DNA of 64,000 nt, from positions 52,112,732-52,176,731 of the forward strand of contig NC_057728.1 in the NCBI RefSeq assembly GCF_004010195.1. Reading direction: 5' to 3'. Shown piece by piece: positions 63,645 through 64,000 of this stretch. The notes beneath the pieces were generated by a model. That model saw nothing but the letters and a program-made list of their open reading frames with translations, ran no database searches and was not told the origin of the DNA. The translations under genes and the position numbers were made by a program. The stretch is from Chiloscyllium plagiosum (lineage: Eukaryota). Numbering within the stretch: position 1 is the first letter of the stretch; every line of letters starts with the position of its first letter.

Positions 63645-64000
63645 AGAGCCAAAGAGTCATAGGAATACAGCATTGAAACAGACCTTTTGGTCCAAATCAT
63701 CCATGTCAACCAGATATCCCAACCCAATCTAGTCCCACCTGAGAGCACCTGACCCATATCCCTCCAAACCCTTCCTATTCATATACCCATCCAGATGCCT
63801 TTTAAATGTTGCAATTGTACCAGCCTCCACCACTTCCTCTGGCAGCCCATTCCACACACGCATCACCCTCTGCGTGAAAACATTGCCCCTTAGGTCCCTT
63901 TTATATCTTGCCCTTCTGACCCTAAACCTATGTCCTCTAGTTTTGGACTCCCCCACCCCAGGGAAAAGACTTTGTCTATTTACCCTATCCATGCCCCTCA
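63645..64000 (-). mobile_element. CR1 3' end (runs off window)
   Basis: KTRGHRFRV...[18 protein letters not shown]. Confidence 0.9.

Overview
Vertebrate genomic DNA, almost certainly an elasmobranch (shark/ray), judging by abundant HE1/V-SINE-type SINEs, CR1 LINEs and Penelope-like elements (PLEs). It is about two-thirds transposon-derived and has two assembly gaps. Two spliced genes face each other tail-to-tail, both missing their 5' exons. (1) On +, the last six coding exons of an NADH-cytochrome b5 reductase (2576-11897), most similar to CYB5R1. (2) On -, four short exons largely missed by the ORF track (63221 to 52392) encoding the C-terminal half of a GLIPR1-like CAP-superfamily protein with a hydrophobic tail. 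Between them lies a complete but decayed Gmr1-like Gypsy LTR element (24344-32507; integrase before RT; CTAA target-site duplication, TSD) carrying nested insertions. The most striking feature is a set of about 18 intact or decayed minimal hammerhead-ribozyme motifs from several PLE families. Many sit in very short, TSD-flanked, fold-back insertions that start at the ribozyme. No prokaryotic features (CRISPR, operons) are seen. Family names come from my recognition of motifs, not from database searches.
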